Assembly (NCBI RefSeq): GCF_000341895.1
Contig: NC_020409.1
Location: 420,001 to 452,000, forward strand
Direction of reading: 5' to 3'
DNA from: Pseudodesulfovibrio piezophilus C1TLV30
GTDB taxonomy: Bacteria > Desulfobacterota > Desulfovibrionia > Desulfovibrionales > Desulfovibrionaceae
Length of the DNA stretch: 32,000 nt
The translations under genes and the position numbers were made by a program. Shown here in pieces: positions 24,877 through 32,000 of this stretch. The notes under the pieces were generated by a model that was given only the letters and a program-made list of their open reading frames with translations, was not told where the DNA came from and made no database searches. How positions within the stretch are numbered: the stretch's first letter is position 1; every line of letters starts with the position of its first letter.

Positions 24877-24986
24877 GTTCATTCAAGATTGATTTTTATT
24901 CATTTTAAATCATAGGGAATCGTGGGCCTCGGATCGTGGTCGTTACCACAACACCGCGAACCGCACGAACATACCAGGAGGAAAAG

Positions 24987-27900
24987 ATGGCCAAGACCCA
25001 GAAAAAGCCCGTTCAAAAAGGTGCGAATAACGCGACCCTAAAAGCGGAAGCGAAAGCTGAGAGTCTCAAAGAAAAGTTGGTCCTCAATGGAGCCGAGATA
25101 GAACTCATCGGTGAAGATGCGGAACTTCTTGTCGGCGGTAAGAATTACAATACTGCTATTATCAGCCAGATCCAGGGCATCAGAGCTCCTGAATTCAGGG
25201 CTATCTCCTCACATGTTTTTCATACTATTTTAGATGACACCAAGGTCAATGCAGCTGTGGTTCGTGCCACAGTTGATAAAGAGTATAATAAAATAGATTG
25301 GAATTCCGATGAAGTGAACGAAGACTCTGAGTTCCTTCAGCATTTCGTTCGTGAAGTTGGAAAAAAGATTCGTGAACAAGCAGATAAGCAATCTGGAACT
25401 TCCATCAAACTGCGTACGTTCGTTAATAATGTCGTTGAAGGATTCGCAACTTCCCCAGAGGGGATTGATCAGTTGAGAATGCGGTCAGTCCTTGTGCAGT
25501 CTGCAATTTTGTCAGTAGAATTGCCTGTAGAGATTCAGAAGGAAGTCAAAGAGGCATATCTTTCTATATGCAGTGAAGCTGGAATGGACGATGTGCCTGT
25601 TGCTGTGCGTTCATCTGCCGCTGGTGAGGACAGCCGCAAAAAGGCTTTTGCCGGGCTTCAGGATACATATTTAAATATTGTTGGACCAGAAACATGTCTT
25701 GAGGCGTACCACTGGGATTGTGCTTCAGCATATAATCTTCGTTCAATGACATATCGGCGTGAAGCCATTCTTGATGCCATCACCAAGGCAGAAGAGACTG
25801 GTGATGATTCCATTGCAGAGAATGCAAAAAAAGAATGGGCCATTGAACACACTTCCTTATCTGTTTGCATCATGCGCATGATCAATCCTGTTATCTCAGG
25901 GACAGCTTTTAGCGCAGATACCGCTACAGGATGTCGGGGAACAGATCGTAATGATCTGGTCTCCATCGACACAAGTTACGGACTTGGCGAAGCAGTTGTT
26001 GGAGGCATGGTTACTCCTGATAAATTTTATGTTTTCCAGCGTGATGGCGGTCATGAAGTTGTTATCCGTTATATGGGATGCAAGGAAAAGAAGATCGTTT
26101 ACAAGGAAGACGGCAGTGGGACTCATGTCGTAAAGGTTCCTGAAAACGAGGTGGCTCGGTGGGCTTTGTCGATTGCTCAAGCTGAGATGGTTGCTCAGGG
26201 AGTTCGTGCTATTTCGAAAGCGTATGGCGGAATGATTATGGATACAGAATTTTGTATCGATAAAACAGACCGCCTTTGGTTCGTACAGGCTCGACCAGAG
26301 ACTCGTTGGAATGAAGATTATGAGTTGCACCCCGATACAATATTTATGCGCCGCCTTGAAGTTGATAAGAAAGCTGTCGACTCTGCCGAGGTTATTCTTG
26401 AAGGTAATGGAGCCTCGCGTGGTGCTGGGCAGGGGACTGTCCGGTATCTTCGTTCTGCCTTGGAACTTAACAAGGTAAACAAAGGCGACATACTCGCTGC
26501 TGAACGGACTGATCCGGATATGGTCCCTGGAATGCGTATCGCTTCAGCCATTTTAGCTGATGTTGGGGGAGATACGAGTCATGCTGCCATCACTTCGCGA
26601 GAGCTTGGGATTCCAGCAATTATTGGAATTCAACGTCTTGAGGCTTTACGTTCTCTGGATGGCCAACAGGTCACAGTCGATGGCTCTCGTGGAAAGGTCT
26701 ACCGAGGAGAGCTTCCTCTTGTTGAAGTTGGTGGTGAAATCAATGTAGCCAACTTGCCTGCAACTCAAACAAAAGTCGGTCTCATTCTTGCGGATGTAGG
26801 ACAGTCTTTGTTTCTCTCACGGTTACGCAATGTCCCTGACTTTGAGGTTGGATTGCTCCGCGCTGAGTTTATGCTTGGAAATATTGGGGTTCACCCAATG
26901 GCTCTTGAAGCATATGACAAGGATGACCTTAACGACCTTGTTGATCAAAAGCTCATGGAAATGGACAAGCGGTTGACTAAGGTTATGAAAGAGCAGTTGG
27001 CGGATGGCTTGATTCGTATGCCGCTTAAATTACGTGAATATGTTGGTTTGATTACAGGACTTTCCAAAGAAATGGACTCATTGGCTGAGCAAGAAGGTTC
27101 GCGCAGTACGGATGGAGTACTTGCCATGCATCGTAAGTTGCGTGAAATGGACCACAAGCTTGATGATCACATTACTCATGCTACCGAGCGTTTGGATGTT
27201 CTGAAAACGTCTATTGACTTGGATGCCCACATAGCTGTTATTCTCGGTTTTCATGACATGTTGGAGCCTATGCCGGAACCCCGGACGGAGTACTGGAAAG
27301 CTCGTCAAGAGCATGAGCAGATAGTCGCTAACTATGTTAAAAAATTAAAAGATGAACCTGAAGTTGTCGCTTACCTTGATGAAGTTACAGCACTTCGAGA
27401 AGAAGTGGCTCTCAAGATGGGGCTGAAATCCGAGATGGATGAAGTTGCAACACTGCCGGACAGGATTCGTGGAATTCTCGAGGCACGAGGGTACACGACA
27501 GGTAAAGAAAACTATATTCAGACACTGTCACAAGGCTTAGCCCTTTTTGCCATGGCTTTCTATGGAAGCAATATCGTTTATCGGACTACAGACTTCAAAT
27601 CGAATGAGTACCGTAATCTTTTGGGTGGTTCTTTATTTGAGGCCTATGAAGATAATCCTATGATCGGCTACCGAGGTGTGTCCAGAAATATACACGACTG
27701 GGAACTTGAAGCATTCAAGCTTGCACGTGGTATTTATGGTGGTAAGAATTTGAGTATTATGTTCCCATTTGTGCGGACTCTTGAAGAAGCTCGCAGTATG
27801 AAACGTTATCTTCGTCAGGTTCATAACCTCGAATCAGGAAAAGATGATCTGAAAATAATCCTGATGGCTGAAATTCCCAGTAACGCCATATTATGCAAGG

Positions 27901-28577
27901 AATTCCTGGAGGAGGTTGACGGTTTTTCCATAGGGTCCAACGATATGACTCAAATGGTTTTAGCTACAGATCGAGATAATGCCAGTCTTCAGCATATCTA
28001 TGACGAAGAAGATCCAGCTGTTGTTTGGGCTATTCTTTGTGCTATTTTTGCCGGGCAGAAAGTAGGCAAGAAGGTCGGTTTTTGTGGGCAAGGCGTGAGT
28101 AACAGTGTGATCCTGCGAGGGCTTGTGACCATTGCCGGTATTGTTTCAGCATCTGTTGTGCCAGATACCTATCACCAAACAAAAATTGATATGGCAGCAA
28201 TTGAAGCCGAAAATATTAAGACCCGCGATCTTGGGGCATGGTTGAAAAAACAACACATGAATAAATTGTGTGAATTATTGGAGAACAACAGCTACGGCCA
28301 TATTCTCAAAAAATATAAATCCCCTGAAGATTTCATGGAATGGTACGAAGGAGAACTGGATCGTTTTAGTGAACAGCTTCGTGAGCATATGGAAACGCCA
28401 AAAGAAGAATTCTATCGTCAGGAAATGGAACAATTCCGAGGTACTTTTCATAAGCCTGTCATCTATGCGAGTTGGAATTGGGACAATACAGTCGCAGACG
28501 CAATGAAGCATGCTGGATTTGATTCTTTTGATGAACAGGAAGCAGCTTTGGAGGTCCAACGTTCAAAGCTGTGGTAG
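24987..28577 (+). CDS. ppsA: PEP synthase / pyruvate,water dikinase family enzyme, expanded form (1196 aa)
   Basis: ATG 24987 follows AGGAGG (24975-24980). ATP-grasp landmarks are VAVRSSAAGED and FVQARPET. The phosphohistidine swivel reads GGDTSHAAITSRELGIPAIIG. PEP/pyruvate barrel landmarks are FKSNEY, GYRG and FSIGSNDMTQ. The GTG at 24936 was rejected. Confidence 0.85.
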   Translation: MAKTQKKPVQKGANNATLKAEAKAESLKEKLVLNGAEIELIGEDAELLVGGKNYNTAIISQIQGIRAPEFRAISSHVFHTILDDTKVNAAVVRATVDKEYNKIDWNSDEVNEDSEFLQHFVREVGKKIREQADKQSGTSIKLRTFVNNVVEGFATSPEGIDQLRMRSVLVQSAILSVELPVEIQKEVKEAYLSICSEAGMDDVPVAVRSSAAGEDSRKKAFAGLQDTYLNIVGPETCLEAYHWDCASAYNLRSMTYRREAILDAITKAEETGDDSIAENAKKEWAIEHTSLSVCIMRMINPVISGTAFSADTATGCRGTDRNDLVSIDTSYGLGEAVVGGMVTPDKFYVFQRDGGHEVVIRYMGCKEKKIVYKEDGSGTHVVKVPENEVARWALSIAQAEMVAQGVRAISKAYGGMIMDTEFCIDKTDRLWFVQARPETRWNEDYELHPDTIFMRRLEVDKKAVDSAEVILEGNGASRGAGQGTVRYLRSALELNKVNKGDILAAERTDPDMVPGMRIASAILADVGGDTSHAAITSRELGIPAIIGIQRLEALRSLDGQQVTVDGSRGKVYRGELPLVEVGGEINVANLPATQTKVGLILADVGQSLFLSRLRNVPDFEVGLLRAEFMLGNIGVHPMALEAYDKDDLNDLVDQKLMEMDKRLTKVMKEQLADGLIRMPLKLREYVGLITGLSKEMDSLAEQEGSRSTDGVLAMHRKLREMDHKLDDHITHATERLDVLKTSIDLDAHIAVILGFHDMLEPMPEPRTEYWKARQEHEQIVANYVKKLKDEPEVVAYLDEVTALREEVALKMGLKSEMDEVATLPDRIRGILEARGYTTGKENYIQTLSQGLALFAMAFYGSNIVYRTTDFKSNEYRNLLGGSLFEAYEDNPMIGYRGVSRNIHDWELEAFKLARGIYGGKNLSIMFPFVRTLEEARSMKRYLRQVHNLESGKDDLKIILMAEIPSNAILCKEFLEEVDGFSIGSNDMTQMVLATDRDNASLQHIYDEEDPAVVWAILCAIFAGQKVGKKVGFCGQGVSNSVILRGLVTIAGIVSASVVPDTYHQTKIDMAAIEAENIKTRDLGAWLKKQHMNKLCELLENNSYGHILKKYKSPEDFMEWYEGELDRFSEQLREHMETPKEEFYRQEMEQFRGTFHKPVIYASWNWDNTVADAMKHAGFDSFDEQEAALEVQRSKLW

Positions 28578-28594
28578 TCATTCATAATAAGGTA

Positions 28595-28634
28595 AAAAGA
28601 AGAGGGCTCTGTCACGACAGAGCCCTCTTCTTTT
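28595..28634. terminator. bidirectional intrinsic terminator between the convergent dikinase and azoR-like genes
   Basis: AAAAGAAGAGGGCTCTGTC-AC-GACAGAGCCCTCTTCTTTT. This is a stem of about 17-19 bp carrying its own A and T tracts. Confidence 0.85.
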
Positions 28635-28650
28635 ATACTCAACAGATTCT

Positions 28651-29265
28651 TTAAAATTTCTTTGCGATTTCTTGAGCGCGTTCTATTGCTTTTCCCTTGG
28701 ATGTATCTCTGGCTTCCGGGGTCCCAAGAGTCGGCTGTACTGCAATTGATTGAATATCTGTAACCCCTATGAAGCCGAGGTAGTGCTTCATATATGAGGC
28801 CTGGAAATTGTATGGAGAATCGTCTGTGTAATCTCCACCTCGCGAGTATGCTATAAAAGCTTTGGCTTGAACTAATCCTTTGTAGCCATCGGGTCCGGCG
28901 AGGAAGGTGTACGTTGGTTGTGCCACTATATCCATAAAGTGCTTCAGGCGGTATGGTATTGAGAAATTCCACATGGGTATGGCAAAGACCAGTTTGTCAG
29001 CAGCCTTGAATTCTTCAATAACTTTTTCAACAGAAGCCCAATTCTCTTTGTCTTTTTCACTAAAGTCTCTTCCGTGCATGATATTGTATTTGCCGACAAG
29101 AGTATCGTTATTCAACTCTGGAAGATCCATTGCGAAAAGGTCTTTTTCAATGATTTCTGAATCTGGTGAATGGATTTTGAGTGCAGCAATAAAAGCGTCA
29201 GCTAATTGAATTGAATGTGAACGAGCCCCCCTCGGCGAGGCTTTGATGTAAAGAACCTTACTCAT
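28651..29265 (-). CDS. azoR: FMN-dependent NADH-azoreductase / flavodoxin-like-fold quinone reductase
   Basis: MSKVLYIKASPRGARSHSIQLADAF and the overall 204-aa layout resemble AzoR. GGAGG lies 5 nt upstream. Confidence 0.7.
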   Translation of the reverse strand: MSKVLYIKASPRGARSHSIQLADAFIAALKIHSPDSEIIEKDLFAMDLPELNNDTLVGKYNIMHGRDFSEKDKENWASVEKVIEEFKAADKLVFAIPMWNFSIPYRLKHFMDIVAQPTYTFLAGPDGYKGLVQAKAFIAYSRGGDYTDDSPYNFQASYMKHYLGFIGVTDIQSIAVQPTLGTPEARDTSKGKAIERAQEIAKKF

Positions 29266-29279
29266 GAAATCCTCCTGGA

Positions 29280-29573
29280 TTATGCTATTCTATTGGTAAT
29301 ACTTCCACCACCATCTATAAGAGTGGAGTTGATGGCTTGTGCCGTGTCTATCTCGGTTCCAGTTGAACCAAGGTGGGTTCCTGCTCCAAAAAATTCAGTT
29401 GATCGGGACACAACTTCTGCGCCTGCCATGGCTCTGTCATGACTGTCGCTTCCTTCCTTATTCAACCCCGAAATCACTGTGCTGGACGATTCCTGAATGG
29501 ATTCAGCTCCAGCAGCCTGGTTTTCCAGCGCCATTGATGACATGCTCGAAGTGGTTATACCTATTTCTGACAT
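29280..29573 (-). CDS. hypothetical 97-aa Ser/Thr/Gly/Ala-rich acidic protein with no recognisable domain
   Basis: GGAGG lies 6 nt upstream of ATG 29573. The stop is 14 nt before the azoR-like start. There are no Cys residues, no signal peptide and no hydrophobic segment. Confidence 0.55.
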   Translation of the reverse strand: MSEIGITTSSMSSMALENQAAGAESIQESSSTVISGLNKEGSDSHDRAMAGAEVVSRSTEFFGAGTHLGSTGTEIDTAQAINSTLIDGGGSITNRIA

Positions 29574-29603
29574 ATATCCTCCTCATTCTCAGTCCTCTTT
29601 ATT

Positions 29604-29632
29604 AATATGCATCAACTCTATGTGGTTGGCAA
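29604..29632 (-). promoter_or_regulatory. candidate sigma-70 promoter of the 97-aa ORF / azoR unit
   Basis: The minus strand reads TTGCCA (29627-29632), 17 nt, CATATT (29604-29609). Confidence 0.4.
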
Positions 29633-29653
29633 GGACTCTCAAGATCAAAGCCT

Positions 29654-29683
29654 AAAAGCCCCCAATCCATCAGTTTTGGGGGC
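29654..29683 (-). terminator. intrinsic terminator after flaG
   Basis: The minus strand reads GCCCCCAA-AACTGATGGA-TTGGGGGC followed by TTTTAGGCTTT. Confidence 0.75.
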
Positions 29684-29708
29684 GAAGGGAAGTACAATGG
29701 TACTCTTG

Positions 29709-30101
29709 CTAAGAAACTTCGTCTAAAAAGCCACGTTCGAGATTTTTAAGTGATTTTGAGAGCTTTAGAAGATCATCGCCAGGGATTTTGCGTATAGTTT
29801 TTCCGTCGCTATCTACTATTTCAACCTGTACGGTATCATCTTCTTCAAGAACGTTGAACTTGAGCTGGATATCATTTCTTTCAAGGAATTGCTCAACATC
29901 CATGACGAGTTCGTCTAACTTCTCTTTGGAAAATGTTTCTGGTTGTCGATTTTGTTGCGAAGTATCCTGCTTTTGAGTGATGTCAGGAGCGGCTCTTGCT
30001 GATCCGTTGTGGCCTTGTGTCTCATCCACAACTTGAGCCGGTGTACCACTCTCCGAGCGTATACCAACCTTTAATTCTGTGCTTATTTCGGGGATATTCA
30101 T
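29709..30101 (-). CDS. flaG: flagellar protein FlaG (130 aa)
   Basis: The C-terminal FlaG-family region reads LQFNVLEEDDTVQVEIVDSDGKTIRKIPGDDLLKL. ATG 30101 follows GGAGGGAG. The ATG at 30131 was rejected. Confidence 0.8.
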   Translation of the reverse strand: MNIPEISTELKVGIRSESGTPAQVVDETQGHNGSARAAPDITQKQDTSQQNRQPETFSKEKLDELVMDVEQFLERNDIQLKFNVLEEDDTVQVEIVDSDGKTIRKIPGDDLLKLSKSLKNLERGFLDEVS

Positions 30102-30160
30102 GGTCTCCCTCCCTGGTGTTACACGAATCATCCCAACCTGATTTGCCTCTTACGTTTATT

Positions 30161-30188
30161 TTATCGGCCGATCTGATGTTTTCTTTAG
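30161..30188 (-). promoter_or_regulatory. sigma-28 (FliA) promoter of flaG
   Basis: The minus strand reads CTAAAGAAA-N11-GCCGATAA. The -10 is an exact consensus at 30161-30168 and the TAAA is at 30184-30187. It lies 60 nt upstream of the flaG ATG. Confidence 0.8.
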
Positions 30189-30245
30189 GTAAAAAATCTA
30201 CTTGTTGAAAAAAGTGTGTTAAAGCATATGTATTCGCTAAATGAA

Positions 30246-30274
30246 TTGACTGTTTTGGTAATTTTTACTATAAT
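30246..30274 (+). promoter_or_regulatory. sigma-70 promoter for the DUF342-motA unit
   Basis: TTGACT (30246-30251), 17 nt, TATAAT (30269-30274). Confidence 0.6.
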
Positions 30275-30364
30275 TTTTTTTGTAAAATATATAATTATTC
30301 TAGGCTTTTGAAGTGTTATATGTGACTTGGGGTATGCGTCCTTTAAATATTACACAGAGGAATA

Positions 30365-31486
30365 ATGCCATTCTTACTTAAGCACCATTTTGATCCTGAT
30401 TTAGATCTTCACCGCCTGAAGCCTCAGATGCAAGATGATGGCAGCGTTGATCACCATGAACTGAATTTTGTTCAAAATGTTGAGATTGGAATGGTCCTAG
30501 CTGAGTGGTGGCTGATAGAGGATGCAAAGGTCGAGGAGCATGATTCTCGTTTTATCTATGATGATATGACATTCCCAGCGGGCAAAGGAACAGGGATTAA
30601 GCGAAGCGATCCTAATAAGCTTTATGCAGCCGTAAATGGATGTGTCGGATATATTGATGGAAAGATTGTCGTAAAGGAAAGTCTTACTCTCCCTAATGAT
30701 ATCGATTTTCATACTGGAAATATCAATTTTATTGGTAACCTGATCGTTGGGGGATCAATACGTTCCGGTTTTTCTGCGCATGGACGAGACATTACTGTAC
30801 AGGGTCAAGTTGAAGCAGCTCACATAGAGGCATTGCGGGATCTTAATTGTCGAGGTGGTGTGAAAGGTGGAAAAGAAGCCTTCCTTGAAGCCGGAAGAAG
30901 TATCAAAGTATCTTTTTGCGAATTTGGTACTTTAAAGGCTGGTGAGGATGTTTTGGTTAAGGGTGCATTAATGCATAGTGACGTCTACGCAGGGAATCGG
31001 TTGGCGGTGGGGGGGCGTCTTACTGGTGGCCATTACTACTGTCATGACTATATTTATGTAGGCGGCCAACTTGGTGGTGGATTGGGAACAGATACGGCGT
31101 TGGTTCTGGGGTACAATCCGACCTTACTCTATGCAGATGGAGAATATAATAAACGCATTAAGCTGTTAAACGAGAAAATCTCCAAGTATGAAGGTATTCT
31201 TCATAAATCAGCGGAGAAGGAAGAAATCATTGAAGACAAGCTTAAAGTGGCCCAAAAAGAATTGACACTGGTTAAAATGCTTAAACGTAAGCTCTGGGAA
31301 GGTATTCGTGGTACAGAACATATTGAGAAATGCAAAGTACTGGTTACTGGTGTTGTTAAGCCTGGTGTCGAAATAAGTATCGGATCTGCTTATTTAAAAG
31401 TGAATGATTTTTTGGAAGATGTTTATTTTTATTATGAAAATGATGAAGTCAAAATTGGCGCTGCTGCCAAAAAACTTAAAAGATAG
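30365..31486 (+). CDS. DUF342 / FapA-like (flagellar assembly protein A family) protein
   Basis: There is a beta-helix-like repeat region (FHTGNINFIGNLIVGGSIRSGFSAHGRDITVQG...GGVKGG...) followed by a coiled-coil (KRIKLLNEKISKYEGILHK...). It sits directly upstream of motA. GAGGA RBS. Confidence 0.7.
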   Translation: MPFLLKHHFDPDLDLHRLKPQMQDDGSVDHHELNFVQNVEIGMVLAEWWLIEDAKVEEHDSRFIYDDMTFPAGKGTGIKRSDPNKLYAAVNGCVGYIDGKIVVKESLTLPNDIDFHTGNINFIGNLIVGGSIRSGFSAHGRDITVQGQVEAAHIEALRDLNCRGGVKGGKEAFLEAGRSIKVSFCEFGTLKAGEDVLVKGALMHSDVYAGNRLAVGGRLTGGHYYCHDYIYVGGQLGGGLGTDTALVLGYNPTLLYADGEYNKRIKLLNEKISKYEGILHKSAEKEEIIEDKLKVAQKELTLVKMLKRKLWEGIRGTEHIEKCKVLVTGVVKPGVEISIGSAYLKVNDFLEDVYFYYENDEVKIGAAAKKLKR

Positions 31487-31489
31487 CTT

Positions 31490-32000
31490 ATGGACATCGC
31501 AACTCTTATAGGATTGGTCGGCGCGTTTGGTTTGGTCGTTACGACAATTTTAATGGGAGGAAATGCTGCCGGATTTCTTGATATCCCATCCATTGTCGTT
31601 GTTATTGGTGGCACCTTTGCTGTTACTTTTGTCATGTTTCCGATGGGGACCGTCATAGGGACTATTAAAGTAGGCCTTAAGACTTTACTTTTTAAGTCAA
31701 GCGATCCTCAAGAAATCATTCGGCTCATAACATCTCTGGCAGATACTGCTCGCAAGGAAAGCCTTGTCGCTCTTGAAAAGGTCAGTATTGATGATGCCTT
31801 TTTGAAGAAAGGGGTCATGTTGGTCGTTGATGGGTCGAGTGAAGCGCTTGTCAGATCCGTTATGGAAATTGAATTAGAATTCATGAAACAAAGGCATAGA
31901 CAGGGGCAAGCAGTATTTAAGGGAATGGGGGCTATGGCACCAGCCTTTGGCATGATCGGTACTCTGATCGGTTTAGTTAATATGCTTTCAAATTTGTCTG
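31490..32000 (+). CDS. motA: flagellar stator protein MotA/PomA, 3' end outside the window
   Basis: My own translation from ATG 31490 reads MDIATLIGLVGAFGLVVTTILMGGN...FLDIPSIVVVIGGTF...GMGAMAPAFGMIGTLIGLVNML, which contains the MotA/ExbB signature. The frame stays open to the window end, so it is absent from the ORF track. Confidence 0.85.
   Translation, partial: MDIATLIGLVGAFGLVVTTILMGGNAAGFLDIPSIVVVIGGTFAVTFVMFPMGTVIGTIKVGLKTLLFKSSDPQEIIRLITSLADTARKESLVALEKVSIDDAFLKKGVMLVVDGSSEALVRSVMEIELEFMKQRHRQGQAVFKGMGAMAPAFGMIGTLIGLVNMLSNLS

Noticed and set aside
24936-24986. GTG start at 24936 for the dikinase
   Set aside because: It has no RBS. The ATG at 24987 has AGGAGG 6 nt upstream.
28463-28972. 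169-aa minus-strand ORF overlapping both the dikinase 3' end and the azoR-like gene
   Set aside because: It crosses the bidirectional terminator and overlaps azoR in another frame. The azoR frame has the RBS and a recognisable family signature.
29280-29573. Calling the 97-aa ORF the anti-sigma-28 factor FlgM
   Set aside because: Length, disorder and flagellar neighbourhood fit. But I cannot see the conserved C-terminal FlgM helices, and its promoter looks sigma-70-type. It is kept as hypothetical.
1-32000. Search for CRISPR arrays, rRNA genes, long tandem repeats, prophage or defence-island gene content
   Set aside because: No regularly spaced direct repeats or rRNA-like sequence were seen. 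The only repeated sequences are the two tRNA-Thr copies and the IS terminal repeats. Gene content is housekeeping.
31490-32000. MotA homologue as part of a Zorya-type (ZorA) defence system
   Set aside because: The N-terminal topology and the APAFGMIGTLIGL motif fit a normal-size flagellar stator. The flanking genes are flagellar (flaG, DUF342/FapA-like). No ZorC/D-like genes are visible.

Overview
This is a dense, mostly housekeeping chromosomal segment, roughly mid-40s % GC by eye, from a motile and probably anaerobic proteobacterium. The gene content is reminiscent of Desulfovibrionales, but that is a low-confidence inference.

Contents in order:
- A 5'-truncated PAS-GGDEF-EAL protein and a small membrane ORF.
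- An hsp20 / Lon-family protease pair.
- A Val-rich leader peptide plus attenuator in front of ilvBN.
- Three minus-strand tRNAs: Thr-GGU twice and Pro-GGG.
- An orphan cheW.
- An Smr-domain gene.
- A minimal sufC-sufB/D pair.
- TetR followed by a DUF457 membrane hydrolase.
- An intact IS3-family insertion sequence.
- A minus-strand block of GT4 glycosyltransferase, a fused SucC-SucD-like CoA ligase, a DHH/DHHA1 phosphoesterase and cca.
- birA, pyruvate carboxylase and an oversized PEP-synthase-like dikinase.
- An orphan 97-aa ORF followed by an azoR-like flavoprotein.
- flaG with a consensus sigma-28 promoter.
- A DUF342/FapA-like gene and the 5' part of motA/pomA.

I see no rRNA, CRISPR array, prophage, toxin-antitoxin pair or recognisable defence genes. 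The IS is the only clear accessory element.

I cannot support a coherent, previously undescribed multi-gene system from the sequence alone. The most unusual items are:
- the sHSP + P-loop-degenerate Lon pair;
- the enterobacterial-style ilvBN attenuator with a short IlvN;
- the fused SucCD gene translationally linked to a glycosyltransferase;
- the zinc-ribbon tail on pyruvate carboxylase;
- the expanded PpsA-like enzyme;
- the orphan disordered ORF upstream of azoR.

All family assignments rest on motif recognition by eye and on remembered reference sequences. No searches were run.
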